DNA of 64,000 nucleotides, from contig JAAPAO010000090.1 of NCBI GenBank assembly GCA_013115145.1, positions 1 to 64,000 of the forward strand, read 5' to 3'. The notes below the pieces were generated by a model. The model saw only the letters and a list, made by a program, of their open reading frames with translations, ran no database searches and was not told the DNA's origin. This stretch comes from Perkinsus chesapeaki ATCC PRA-425. Taxonomy: Eukaryota > Protista > Perkinsozoa. Both the position numbers and the translations under genes were made by a program. Below, one piece after another: positions 1 to 10,219 of the stretch (positions within the stretch are counted from its first letter, which is position 1; each line of letters starts with the position of its first letter).

Positions 1-2742
1 CCTCCGGCACATACTCTCGAGCGTTTCTTCGGTTCACCCGTTTAGGAAATCGCCACAGATCTCCCCACATTACTTTACGTGAGAACCGATACCTACACAG
101 ACGAGTGACAAAAGATGTATTATTGACCTACCCCATCGTATGCGGTTTTGCTCTAGACACTGAGAGCCTCTCAAAGTTATTAGGAGCACTGCATGCATCC
201 ACTAGTGTGTGGCCTCCTGCCTTGATAGGTGGCATCAGGAGCCTCGGCCAGAAATACGATTTCTCGGCCGCTGTCGGAGCGTCCTCCTCTTTGCTGTATT
301 TTTGTCGAGGCCCTACGAGGAAGAACAGAGGCTTTCCCCAGCCGCGATGCGGTGAGGGGTCACACCTTCTCCCTTACGGATGACCAAAAAGCTGAACTTG
401 TCCCACTCGACGTGCCGTGCCTGCGAGCCTTTGTTATACACATAATGTGGAAGGCGTTTCCTAACAGAAAACAGAGCATACTGAGAATGGGCAGGCAACG
501 ACTAGTTTACACTCCTTGGTGGAAGTGGCACCAATCCCTGCCAGTAGTGGCTAAAGGGCACATGGATTCATGGGGACATGGCGCGACGAAATGGAAGGCC
601 TTCTCTCTGAGACCGTAGCAACTGTCGAAGCTGAGAAGTAGAACTGTATGCTACGGGAGCTGCATGATGAAGAGCTCTCTGATGTGGTGAATAAACCGGA
701 AGCCCGTGGGCGTGCCGGCTTCGATGACAACCAACACACCTCCGTCCTCAACTCTGTTCCATAGGTTGCGTATCTATCATAGACAGTAAGCTAGTGGGTT
801 AGGACTCCTAACTTAGGAGCTCCGCCTACCAAGAGATCTCGTGCCTCCTGCCCCTTTAGATGCATGAGAACGTAACTGATGGTGATGATACTTTGTCGTT
901 GATGCTTGCTGTCATATAGCTGAGAACTCCACTCGATTGAAGAGGATAAATCAGAGAGCATGTATCTGCATCATCGGCTACAGAAGTGAATGCCTGGTGA
1001 CTAGGAACAAAGGGTCGACGGGAGCCAGGGGAGAGCAAAAATACAATGTATTTGACATCTCTGTTGACTCTAGCAAGAACACATTCTCCACTATGGTAGA
1101 AGCAACTCGTTTCCGTTGGGCTAGACGGAAATGAGGAGAGCTAAGCAGACGTTTCCGACTTCCCCATTTGCTTCATATGTAGACTTGGTTCCACACAAGT
1201 GATCCTTCTAATGTGCCTCTCCCCCCAGACATCCATAGCTGCGCATACTGATGGTGCTGGACCGGCACCGTAGTCGAGGATAGAACTGAGGAGACAAGCG
1301 ACACAAAGTAAAGATCACATCAAGATATTGGGCTTGCTTCCGTAGTCCTTGCTTCCGTAGTCCGTAGTCCGGGCTTATTTTAGAGCTAGCAAGACTCCCT
1401 TCTAGACACGCATAGGCTTCATAGATTTCAACCAAACCAGGTCTACGAAATCGGTTCTAGAATCTCACTACCCAACAGGAAACTAAACCCGAGGAGACCT
1501 GACTTTCTAAATCGATGGAAAATTGACGAACCAATACAGAGAGGAATGTGGAGTTACACGTCATAGAGAGTGAGAAGCCTATGGAGCACTCGCCAGTCTT
1601 GTCGCTCACTTTGGTTTCAAATCCGGGCATCTCTTCATGACCTCATGCAGCACTCTGAAGTTAACAGCATACGCAGGAGGGAACCTGCCATGAGCAACGC
1701 GTAACTCAACATGATAATAACGTAGAGCCCCTCCCACCGATGAGCTAGGTAGGCAACAGCTGCCTCTGGTGAATAGAACTGTTGGTATAGCCGATGTCGA
1801 CTGTCTTCAGCATGAGCAATGGAAAGCCGTTGAAGCTCAGATATCTCCTGGGAACGTTCGGGCTGAGAACCGGCGTCGAAGGAAGCGCTACATATGACCA
1901 GGCTACATCGAAAAGCTCGGGCATCGTGTGCTTAAGCTCTTGAAAGTGCTGGCCTTTGGTTATTCGATCCAGACGGCTCTTCTCTTTGTCATCTTCCTTT
2001 TCCGGGAGCTAAAGGGTGATAACAGTATAGCGGCGGGGAAAATGGACGGATGTATCCGAGGTTGAAGCGTGCAAGATACGCAACAGCTCAGGTGGAAGAC
2101 GAACTTACAAATGCACTCGAAAGAACTCTTGGGAGTTCTGTACTGCTTCTGCTTCTCTGACGCTGCATAACATACCTAGCGTAACGCTCAACATCCTTCT
2201 TGTTGCCGAAATCTCGCAGCAATCGTATTATCTGACACCTCTAGCTATCGCGTCCCATCCATATCTCAACTCACCTTAGCCTTAAGCTGAGGATTGAGGA
2301 AGTTGGTCTTTTGCGTACACATGGCGAGGTTATCCAACTCCACAACATACAGTGGGTCCAGCTCCGAAGGGCTGCCGAAATGACGGTCAAACTTGAATCT
2401 GTTCACTTCACTTCTCCGCCCCTCTCTCAGTAGCAGCAGCAAGCTCACCCTCTAGTGATGGCCTTATTATTCATATGCTGCTCGAACCAGAGGATATCGG
2501 GATTAGTAGAGGAGGCCCGCTGATCCTCCTCCCTTTCGTCCAATTCCATCGCTGAAACTAACCCTTCAGTAGGCCTAATACGATGCAATGGTACCACCTG
2601 CTCCCAGCCTTCCAGCACACCCTCCTCGGTGGCAAGAGCTGCAACTAGGAGAAGATTCACCGGTGACAGCAGTGGATGCCGAGCAACAACCCCGCGTGAA
2701 GAGGCGGGCGGACGGGGAGGCCGGAGCGGCGCGGTGAAGCAT
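1..2742 (-). CDS. METTL17: Mitochondrial small-subunit assembly factor METTL17/Rsm22 (multi-exon; C-terminus runs off the left edge)
   Basis: Spliced minus-strand translation gives YSPEAAVAYLAHR..FPPAYAVNFRVLHEV, the SAM motif SILDYGAGPA, GGVLVVIEAGTPTGF, APCPHESMCP..WCHFHQ, DKFSFLVIRKG, FWPRLLMPPIKAGGHTLVDAC and RKVMWGDLW. The N-terminus MLHRAAPASPSARLFTRG resembles a mitochondrial presequence; ATG at 2742. Confidence 0.9.
1333..1369. repeat. Short tandem duplication inside a METTL17 intron
   Basis: cttgcttccgtagtc twice (1333-1362) followed by cgtagtc. Confidence 0.85.
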
Positions 2743-2859
2743 TAAGAATAGCTGCCTGGCGCTCAAGCCTACCTAATTGAGAAACGCAAAGGCACTTGCC
2801 GATCACAGCAAAAGGCTCATCGGGGCTAGATGATATAAAAAGGATGGCGCAAAAACTGT

Positions 2860-3494
2860 TCACTGAAAATATGCAATCTCATCGCCTTCGCCAACGTTCC
2901 ACTGTACGCCACTGAGCTCGGGTGTATTGCCATAACAAGGCAACGGCTAAGAGGAAGGTCTATTAAGGTGGGAGGCAATGCTTACGTTGAATATACGAGC
3001 GACAGCATAGGCCTCTGGGCCCACTTTGATCTTGACAAAGTAGTTGGTTCCTGCCACTACCTGACAGTTAGTCTCAATGCATATTCGGTGAACTGATGCC
3101 ACAATACACGAGCAACCCGATCAGGCTAATGAGGGGTATGAGGAAGGAGGACACGGAAGGAAGGTTTTTATGTTTATAGCATAAAACTAGGTGTAAGCTC
3201 TACAAGCGTGAATTTAGTGAACAGATTCCCCTGCCGGTTTGGTACTTGCCAAAATCCAACCATTCAGCAGCCCGGTAAAGAAATAGCTATATAACGTTAA
3301 CAATGAGACGACTCCAGATAATTCATCCTACTTACCTGGCTCCTGTAAGATATCGGCTCAAACTCCGGGAATGCGGCATTAGAACTGCTCTTCTCCTGTA
3401 AAGCTGGGCGAACTTGCTCGCACAGATGCTTAACAGTATCATCAACGGGCTTAACCTCTCCTAGGCCTCCACACATTTTCCTTGCAGCAGACAT
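2860..3494 (-). CDS. Type-1 cystatin (stefin-like) cysteine-protease inhibitor, 3 exons
   Basis: Exons 3494-3336, 3060-2986 and 2946-2860 join in frame with GT-AG: MSAARKMCGGLGEVKPVDD...SYRSQ|VVAGTNYFVKIKVGPEAYAVARIFN|PLPCYGNTPELSGVQWNVGEGDEIAYFQ*. The QVVAG motif and N-terminal Gly are present. Confidence 0.93.
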
Positions 3495-3621
3495 GAAACG
3501 CTTAATCTGGTCCGAGCTGGCGGGAACTGATAACCAAACTCCCCCCAGATGCCTGGTGAAACGGTTCTGCACATAGCCTGGTATTTAACGTTTTAATGGT
3601 CGCGTTCAAAAATGTGTGCCC

Positions 3622-6600
3622 TCAATGAGGCTCCTCATCTCCGGACGATCCCTCGTGATGGACTGGGGAAGCCGGGGCGTTCTCCCCCTCTACGGCTACT
3701 GCTTCGGCAAGAGTGTGCAGCGCAGGGAATCTCACGGAAAGGTCGGAGCTTGGGTCTGAAGATGGGGAGAAAATACCACTTCAACTTGGCCCAGAATTCC
3801 GCATGAATGACCAGCATCGAAGGTGCGGACCTGTATATTATACTCCAGAGCTACTTGAACTAGATTTCTTTAGAGCCTAAAGCCCTTAAAAAAGAGTGGT
3901 ATCCTACGTGAGGCGATTTCTATAAGCCGAGCACTTCGACTCTAGGAATCGATATCAATATTAGCTACAAAACCTCCTCGACACAGCCTTATCCATAAGC
4001 AATCACCAGGACGAAGGTTACGATGTTACAAGTCTGGTAGATTGTTGCGGCATATCGTCAGTTTTCTAGGTGTGCATGGATTCACACACATGATATTGAT
4101 CCGGCTCTGGTATCGGATCTCACTGTCGACTCCCAACCGCCTAGAAGGGAGGACTCGGGTTGCAATGGGTTTATACGATGTAATATATGCGATATAGTAA
4201 CACCCATGTAACTACACTGTGTAAAAGTACCCTCTGTATGTCGAAGCAATATAGCCTGCCCACCCAATCCAATCCACGCCTTCCCTCCTATTACCAAGCA
4301 GCTGTTGATAATTAGCATCATGCGCCAACCTTTCCGCTGCGGATTCCAACAAAGCATTCATATGCTGTAAATCCAGACCCTCCGGTGGCTGGGCCCCAAC
4401 CGATCCCTCCATACCAGCCCTAGCCGACGCTGTGGACCACCTTCCAGAAACTACAATACCCTCCTACTTCCCAGCCCCTACCGGTCGGCCATCATCCCTT
4501 CAACAGGCGGTGCTCCTGCTGCTGCCACGTCATCTCGATAGCCGTTGGAGAACGGAGTGGCGGCCTGCGCCCGAGCTTCGGAGAGCTGATAAACCGTAGA
4601 CTCCTTCGATGATCCAGTAGCACTACCATATTAGGCATGAACCCTGGTCGACTTGACCACCGATCCATTCTGGCCTTAACTGTCGGGTCAACCTCTCCAT
4701 CACAGCCGTGATGGTCCGCGAAGGCCTCGTCCTCCTCTGGACGCTCCACTGACCCTGGAGTGTCCGGCAACGGTATGACATAGCCTTCAGGCACGGTGTA
4801 TGGCTCCTGCTGTTGGCGGCACTCGGGAGCCTATGGAGATAGTCCCACTAGCCTGAAGCCTTTCATCCTCCTACCTCATCAACTACACACTCCCCACCAT
4901 CAACCTCATCTGTTTGCCGGCGGTCACTCGACAAGCCGGCCTCCTGCGGTCCTAGGAACTGTATCAGCGGTGATTGCTCGCTTTGCTGTGGACCTGACCA
5001 CAGATGGTCCCCAAGTGACACTGAATGCAACGCAACAAAGCCTAAACTATAATACCACCAAGGAGAGCAGACACCTCTACTGTGGAGAACGTCGCTGCCT
5101 CTTACGCGCTCTCTCGCCTCCGTTCCTTCCCCCTCGGCCACTGGACGGTTCTGCATTAGCAGGGGCAGCTTCATCATCCCCTAACACATACTAAACAAGC
5201 CAACCCTTCAGATCGGTTACCTCGCTCTGAGGAGGAGGACCCCAGTGTTGGAGCGCCTCCTTGGACAGATGGCGCCCCGGCGTCCGTGGCACCAGCTGGC
5301 CCTGTAGGCGAGGGAGCTACCGAGGGCTCCGCTGTGGCCGAAGTGGCCTGAAGAGGCGAATAGCGTTGCCTGAATAACATATTATCATTTTCGACTACCT
5401 CCGTCTGATCAGCTGCAGCAGCAGCCCCATCCTCCCCCTGGTCTCTGGTCCGCACTTGTCCTCGACCCTCTGGATCGAACATGTCGCACCATACCCTGTT
5501 AACGACAGACACCATCATCTCGCTCGTGTCCGTCAACTCAGCCAGCATTCTCGCCAACTGATGAGGAACCAACCCTATGAGCTCTCCAGAGGCCTCCATC
5601 AGTTACATATGCCAGGTCGTCCTGCCGCTGAGGAATGGGCTCCGCATCGTCCGCTCCACGAGAGGCAGCATCACTTTGTAACTATCAAGATGGACATACC
5701 CATCCAGGGCGCGTGGGAACTTTACCATCAGACTGACGTCCCCGACCATCTGAGCAGCCGACAGAAGAAGTCTCTGGTAGTTCCTCAAAAACGTGGGCAG
5801 GTCGTCGCTGCCTCGATAGTGCCGCGGCCCCGGCAGCTGCGAGAGATCTAAGAACGCTGTATGCCAAGAGCTGGTCGGTCGCCAGGATGCTGCCTACGGC
5901 CCATGAGATGGTCCACTCGAGTGTCCGAGTCGATAAGTGTCCGCCAGGGAAAGCCCGGAGTCTGCTCGGCCCGGTGCTGTAACTCCTCATCTCGAACACT
6001 GCGTCCTCGATTGACTACTGGGTGCTGGAGGACAGGTATTCTATCTGATAGAAGAACCGTAAAACTACCAACAGTAAGCCTCCCCCTACTGGAGTCAGTG
6101 GCCACCCCTTCGCTACTGGCTGTTGACCGAGCTGCTCCTGCAGACTGCCTGCCTGGACCTTACACACACTTAAAATCACACGCCCAGATAACCACCTATT
6201 ACGCCGGCCCGAGACTATAGGTCTGCCCCGAATTGGCGGCTCTGTTGTACCAGCCGCGCCACCAGCACTCCTTCCAGGCCTGCGGAGCAATACGAGAAAA
6301 ACACCCTTAGGATGCCCTACAGTCGCGCAGAAAGCGATCTCGGCCGTGCGGCGCTGGTCGGCCCGTTGCCAGTGGTGAAGGTGGTCGTGACCGTGCCTCC
6401 CCCAGAAACTTGCCCGCCAGAGGCGAGGCTGCCGAACAACTGTGTTAGACCGCTGATGACATCCTGCCTGCAAGGGACACCAGCTCCTCCACCTACTACA
6501 CTTCCATCTTACACTCCATTGCCGGAGGTAGCCTGGGCATTCCCCTCAGGTGTTCCGGGCGCCTCCTGACCATCACATTACAAGCTGATGTCAATGCTGC

Positions 6601-7658
6601 CTACCTCTCCCGCTCCAGTGGACCTCGGTCTCGGGGCCGATGCCGAGGAGTCCCCTGCTGGTGGCGATGGACTCTGGGTGCCGCCTCCTGAAGGGCTACA
6701 GTGATGTCAACCGCGCCCCTCCCGACTACCTTGAGTCGCGGCGCTATTACCGTTGGACCTCGGAGCAGCCGCAGCTGGCGGCCTCGGCCCGAAGAGGCCA
6801 CCGAACGGCAGAGGGATAGGGCCGCCCTGTTGGTCCCCGCCAATAATCTAACACTCGGACTCCTCTCGACGCAGTTGACGAACTTCTACTACCTGGCCAG
6901 TCATAGGGTCCAACTGGAAGGACTGCATCACAACATGGGCTGTCCCCGGGGCACCTCCAACATTACCACCAACCTCACCGGGGAGAACAAATTGAGCACC
7001 AGCCCCACCGCCGGCGGCGGCGGCACCCGATAGCAGGCCGGGCGGCAACAGATTGCTAAATATGTTACCTATACAAAACACTACTGCATTGCAGCAGCTA
7101 TTCCAAGCCTACCCATCTGAGGTGGGGGGACATCGTTTGTGCCACTCGACCGCTGCTGCTGTTGCTGAGCAGTATCCGAGGCTGTACTCGATGCCGAGCT
7201 ATTAGCATTCCTTATGGTCGACACTGGCCTCACCTTGAAGATGGGACACTGGAGCGAGGGAAGCTCGGCACACCGACGCTTACCACCATGTGTACAGTCT
7301 GGCCACTTTCAGTAAGGAATTCATCCAGGTGTTTATGGGGCTCATGAGAGATCACTTGACCTCTAAAAATCAGCCGCTGCAGCATAGGGTCTATCTCAGC
7401 CTGAGCTCAAAAGAATCTTTCCTCCCCAAAGATACTTCAAGCTCCCACTTCCCTATGTATCCGATCCATCAGGTCCGATACCGTCTCCGTATGCGGATTA
7501 ATATTATAGGTAAGCGTCACACCATTCATCCGTCTGACGTGGACCACCCAGAGGTCGCTCTCCTCCGCGGAATTTTCCGGGCTACCAGTTGCGGAGGATA
7601 CAGTCGCGGAGTTAGTATTTCCCATAGAAGTGTCTTTGGTGGGTGTTTGACTGGACAT
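3622..7658 (-). CDS. Ubiquitin-like-domain, proline/glycine-rich protein, BAG6/BAT3 (Scythe)-like
   Basis: N-terminal UBL: VVHVRRMNGVTLTYNINP..TVSDLMDRIHREVG|IDPMLQRLIFRGQVI...QTVHMV. The middle is long and low-complexity. The spliced C-terminus AERLAHDANYQQLL|DPSSDLSVRFPALHTLA resembles the BAG6 C-terminal motif (KRLQEDPNYSPQRFPNA, recalled from the human protein). Internal exons are not all resolved. Confidence 0.65.
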
Positions 7659-7740
7659 GAGAAAAGTAATACTATAACCGTTCCACATTGGTGGCCACTA
7701 CCAACCCAAGGATCCCGAGGGTAAACGGAAACATGCCAAA

Positions 7741-8440
7741 TTAGCACCATTTTTGAGAACCATTGTTGATGGCAAAAATAACCTTCCCACCAACCCCGAG
7801 CTCGATGCATTCTCGATGGGTCATAAAGCCCTCTGGAGTCTGCATTATCCATGTTCCAGTGTTCATACTGACCATGACCGCGTCGCCACGAAATTATAGC
7901 CCCGGACCTACCCTGTACGCTCCTTGAGCTCGTGTGGCAAGAGCCAGATGTCTCGACTCGGTTTGGAAACAACTTGAATGTTACGGATGACCGGAGCAAC
8001 TGAGGTATCCAAGGTCGAAAGGCGGAAGATTCTTGTGAGGTTACATTGATATCTTTTCAGAAGTATATTGATGCGGTTACCCTCCACTACAAACCCTCGA
8101 ATAAACCCTTCCCTTTGAAGCAACTTCAGCAAGTGGACCTGCGTGCGTATCTTTAGGTTAACTTCAAGTCATCCGTGATATCCTACATTCATATTACTAT
8201 AAGGACATCTCTGTACCGGCGCTGTAGCCGTCAAGAGACTAGTAACCATCTCACATGCCTTCTGCATCCTCGTCAACTCCTGCCAATACAACACCTTCAC
8301 CGGCTTCCAGGCCTGCGTGGCAAATCGCGCGCGCCCAACCAATCGATTCGCCTTGCCACCATGGATAAGTCTTCCCTCGAGGCTTGCAACTCCCAGCTAC
8401 CTAAAGCCGTCAGTGCTCTTCTGAAGTAAGCCTCTAACAT
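7741..8440 (-). CDS. rps8: Mitochondrial (bacterial-type) ribosomal protein uS8, nuclear-encoded
   Basis: LLKLLQREGFIRGF..INILLKRY..APVIRNIQVVSKPSRDIW..NTGTWIMQTPEGFMTHRECIELGVGGKVIFAI follows the uS8 pattern. Stop at 7741; start at about 8440 is uncertain. Confidence 0.85.
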
Positions 8441-8601
8441 TGTGCTATCACAGGGACTACGTTTCACGTATTATGTAGGAAAATCCGCTAATTTTTGCCA
8501 AAAAAATTTCCGTAAATTTCCGTGAATTTGTGAAAGAGTGCGTCACAATCTTCGCGGAACAGGTGACGAATCTTCGAGCTCCAAGCTCAGTATTTTGATA
8601 G

Positions 8602-10026
8602 GTGTCTTCAACGACTCTGTGTTGCCATGGAGCTGGGCTTAAGGAGCGGTTATCAGGTACTCAGCGAAGAAGGCTGCCGAGAAGGCCACCAAGGACTTGT
8701 TGGCTGAGGAGGCTGGTGATACCGTTACTGTACAGATTAACGTTGATAAGATACAAGGGAAGGCCGATAATAAATACCGTCTTATGTAGTACCAGTGGGG
8801 GGTTATGCTGGCAATCACATCGGGGAGGGTTTCCTTTACGTGCGTAACCAAGTGGTAATGCGGGCTGCTTAATGGCTGCATTTTGCGAGGGTGAAGAATA
8901 TTCTTTTGTGGCTTCAGTCAAGTGCCTCACTCGATACACGGAAAGAACGGGATTGAAGGCCTCTCCGTTTGCTTCATCGCCCGAGACCCGAAGCAGGCTG
9001 CCCAGAAGCTAGTTGCCAAGTACCAAACCTCGATGGTATCTTTCCATCATCGACCTTAGATACAATCTTCCCATCAATAAGATCGTAACAGTGAAGTCTC
9101 TTCGGTCAAAGTAATACCACTCAATATGGAAGTGGTGGTCGTCATCTGCGCCCCTACAGATACTCTGCCCGTTTCGAGCTCCTTCGCGATTTGGCCAACG
9201 CCCATGACGTCTTCCTCTGCGACTCCTCGGTCGCCGACATGCTTCCTAATCTCCTTGGGAAATACTTCTATCACCACAAGAAGCAAAAGATTCCGTAGCC
9301 GTTGGTCACTAAGGCCCTTTGGGACGTTATCTTTCAGGGTTCCTGTTAAGTGGCCTGCACCTTCGTCGACCAATGCGGATCCTAGCAAGCAGGTTGAGAA
9401 GGCTTTGAATAGTAATTGTGGTGCTAGATTTTTCTCCTGAATTCACCCCCCTAGGCACACGCTACCGTAAGAGCACCGGGGCAAGCATTAGTGTGAGGAT
9501 AGGAGATACTTCTATGTCTAAAGAGTAAGATTCTCCTGGACAAAATCTTCATAGTGCGTATGCGCATATCTTTCAGGGATCTGGTCGATAACGCTAAGGT
9601 TGTCCTTGCCGCCTTGTCGAGCGATATGTTGTCCGTGAAGCGGAATATTCTCAGCGTTGGCGTTCAGAGCACGGACTCCCTGATGCTGCCTGTGTGGGCC
9701 GCCAAACGCACAAGTGCCGCGCCTGCCGAGGCTAAGCCGGCACCGGCCAAGAAGGGCGCTAAGAGAGCTTTACCGGAGGAAGAGGAGGAGGAAGAAGAAG
9801 AAGTCGATGTTGGCAAGATGAAACTGTCGGAGGTTCCTGTGGGGAAATTGGAGGAGGTAGGGATCGAACCTGAGACCTGTTCACTGACCGATTGGCTTCA
9901 GAGACGCGAGAAGAAGCGTGCGGCAGTAGCAGCCGAGGCGCCGATCAAGGCAGCAACGGTAGAGAAGAAAAAGGGGAAGAAGAAGGCAACTGGTGCTATC
10001 AACAAGAAGAAGCTCCGCACTAAATA
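8602..10026 (+). CDS. RSL1D1: Ribosomal L1 domain-containing nucleolar protein (RSL1D1/Cic1/Utp30 family)
   Basis: Exons read KDLLAEEAGDTVTVQINVDKI, VPHSIHGKNG..VCFIARDPKQ, DVFLCDSSVADMLPNLLGKYFY..KQKIP and NILSVGVQSTDSLMLPVW, followed by an acidic/Lys-rich tail. The start codon is not resolved. Confidence 0.8.
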
Positions 10027-10219
10027 AGTTGCTACCTACTTGAGGCTACAGACGTATTCTATTTACCAGGCAGGCGGCGTTGTCTTTCTATCGAGGAACG
10101 TTTCTCCCACGTAAGATACTCCCAGTGCTAGTTGTGTTGGGGGAGGGGCTTGGATGGAGGTATTTTGGTGAAAACAGCAGCAGCAGCTTACCTTACCTTG
10201 TTATTACTGCTTTACCGTT

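Noticed and set aside
3612-3806. GGAAAGGTCGGAG resembling RNase P conserved region I
   Set aside because: No matching conserved region V. The stretch is better explained as the antisense of the last BAG6-like exon.
4400-7100. GC-rich overlapping ORFs that first looked like a retrotransposon gag region
   Set aside because: No RT, protease, integrase or LTR was found. The segments splice into the minus-strand BAG6-like gene.
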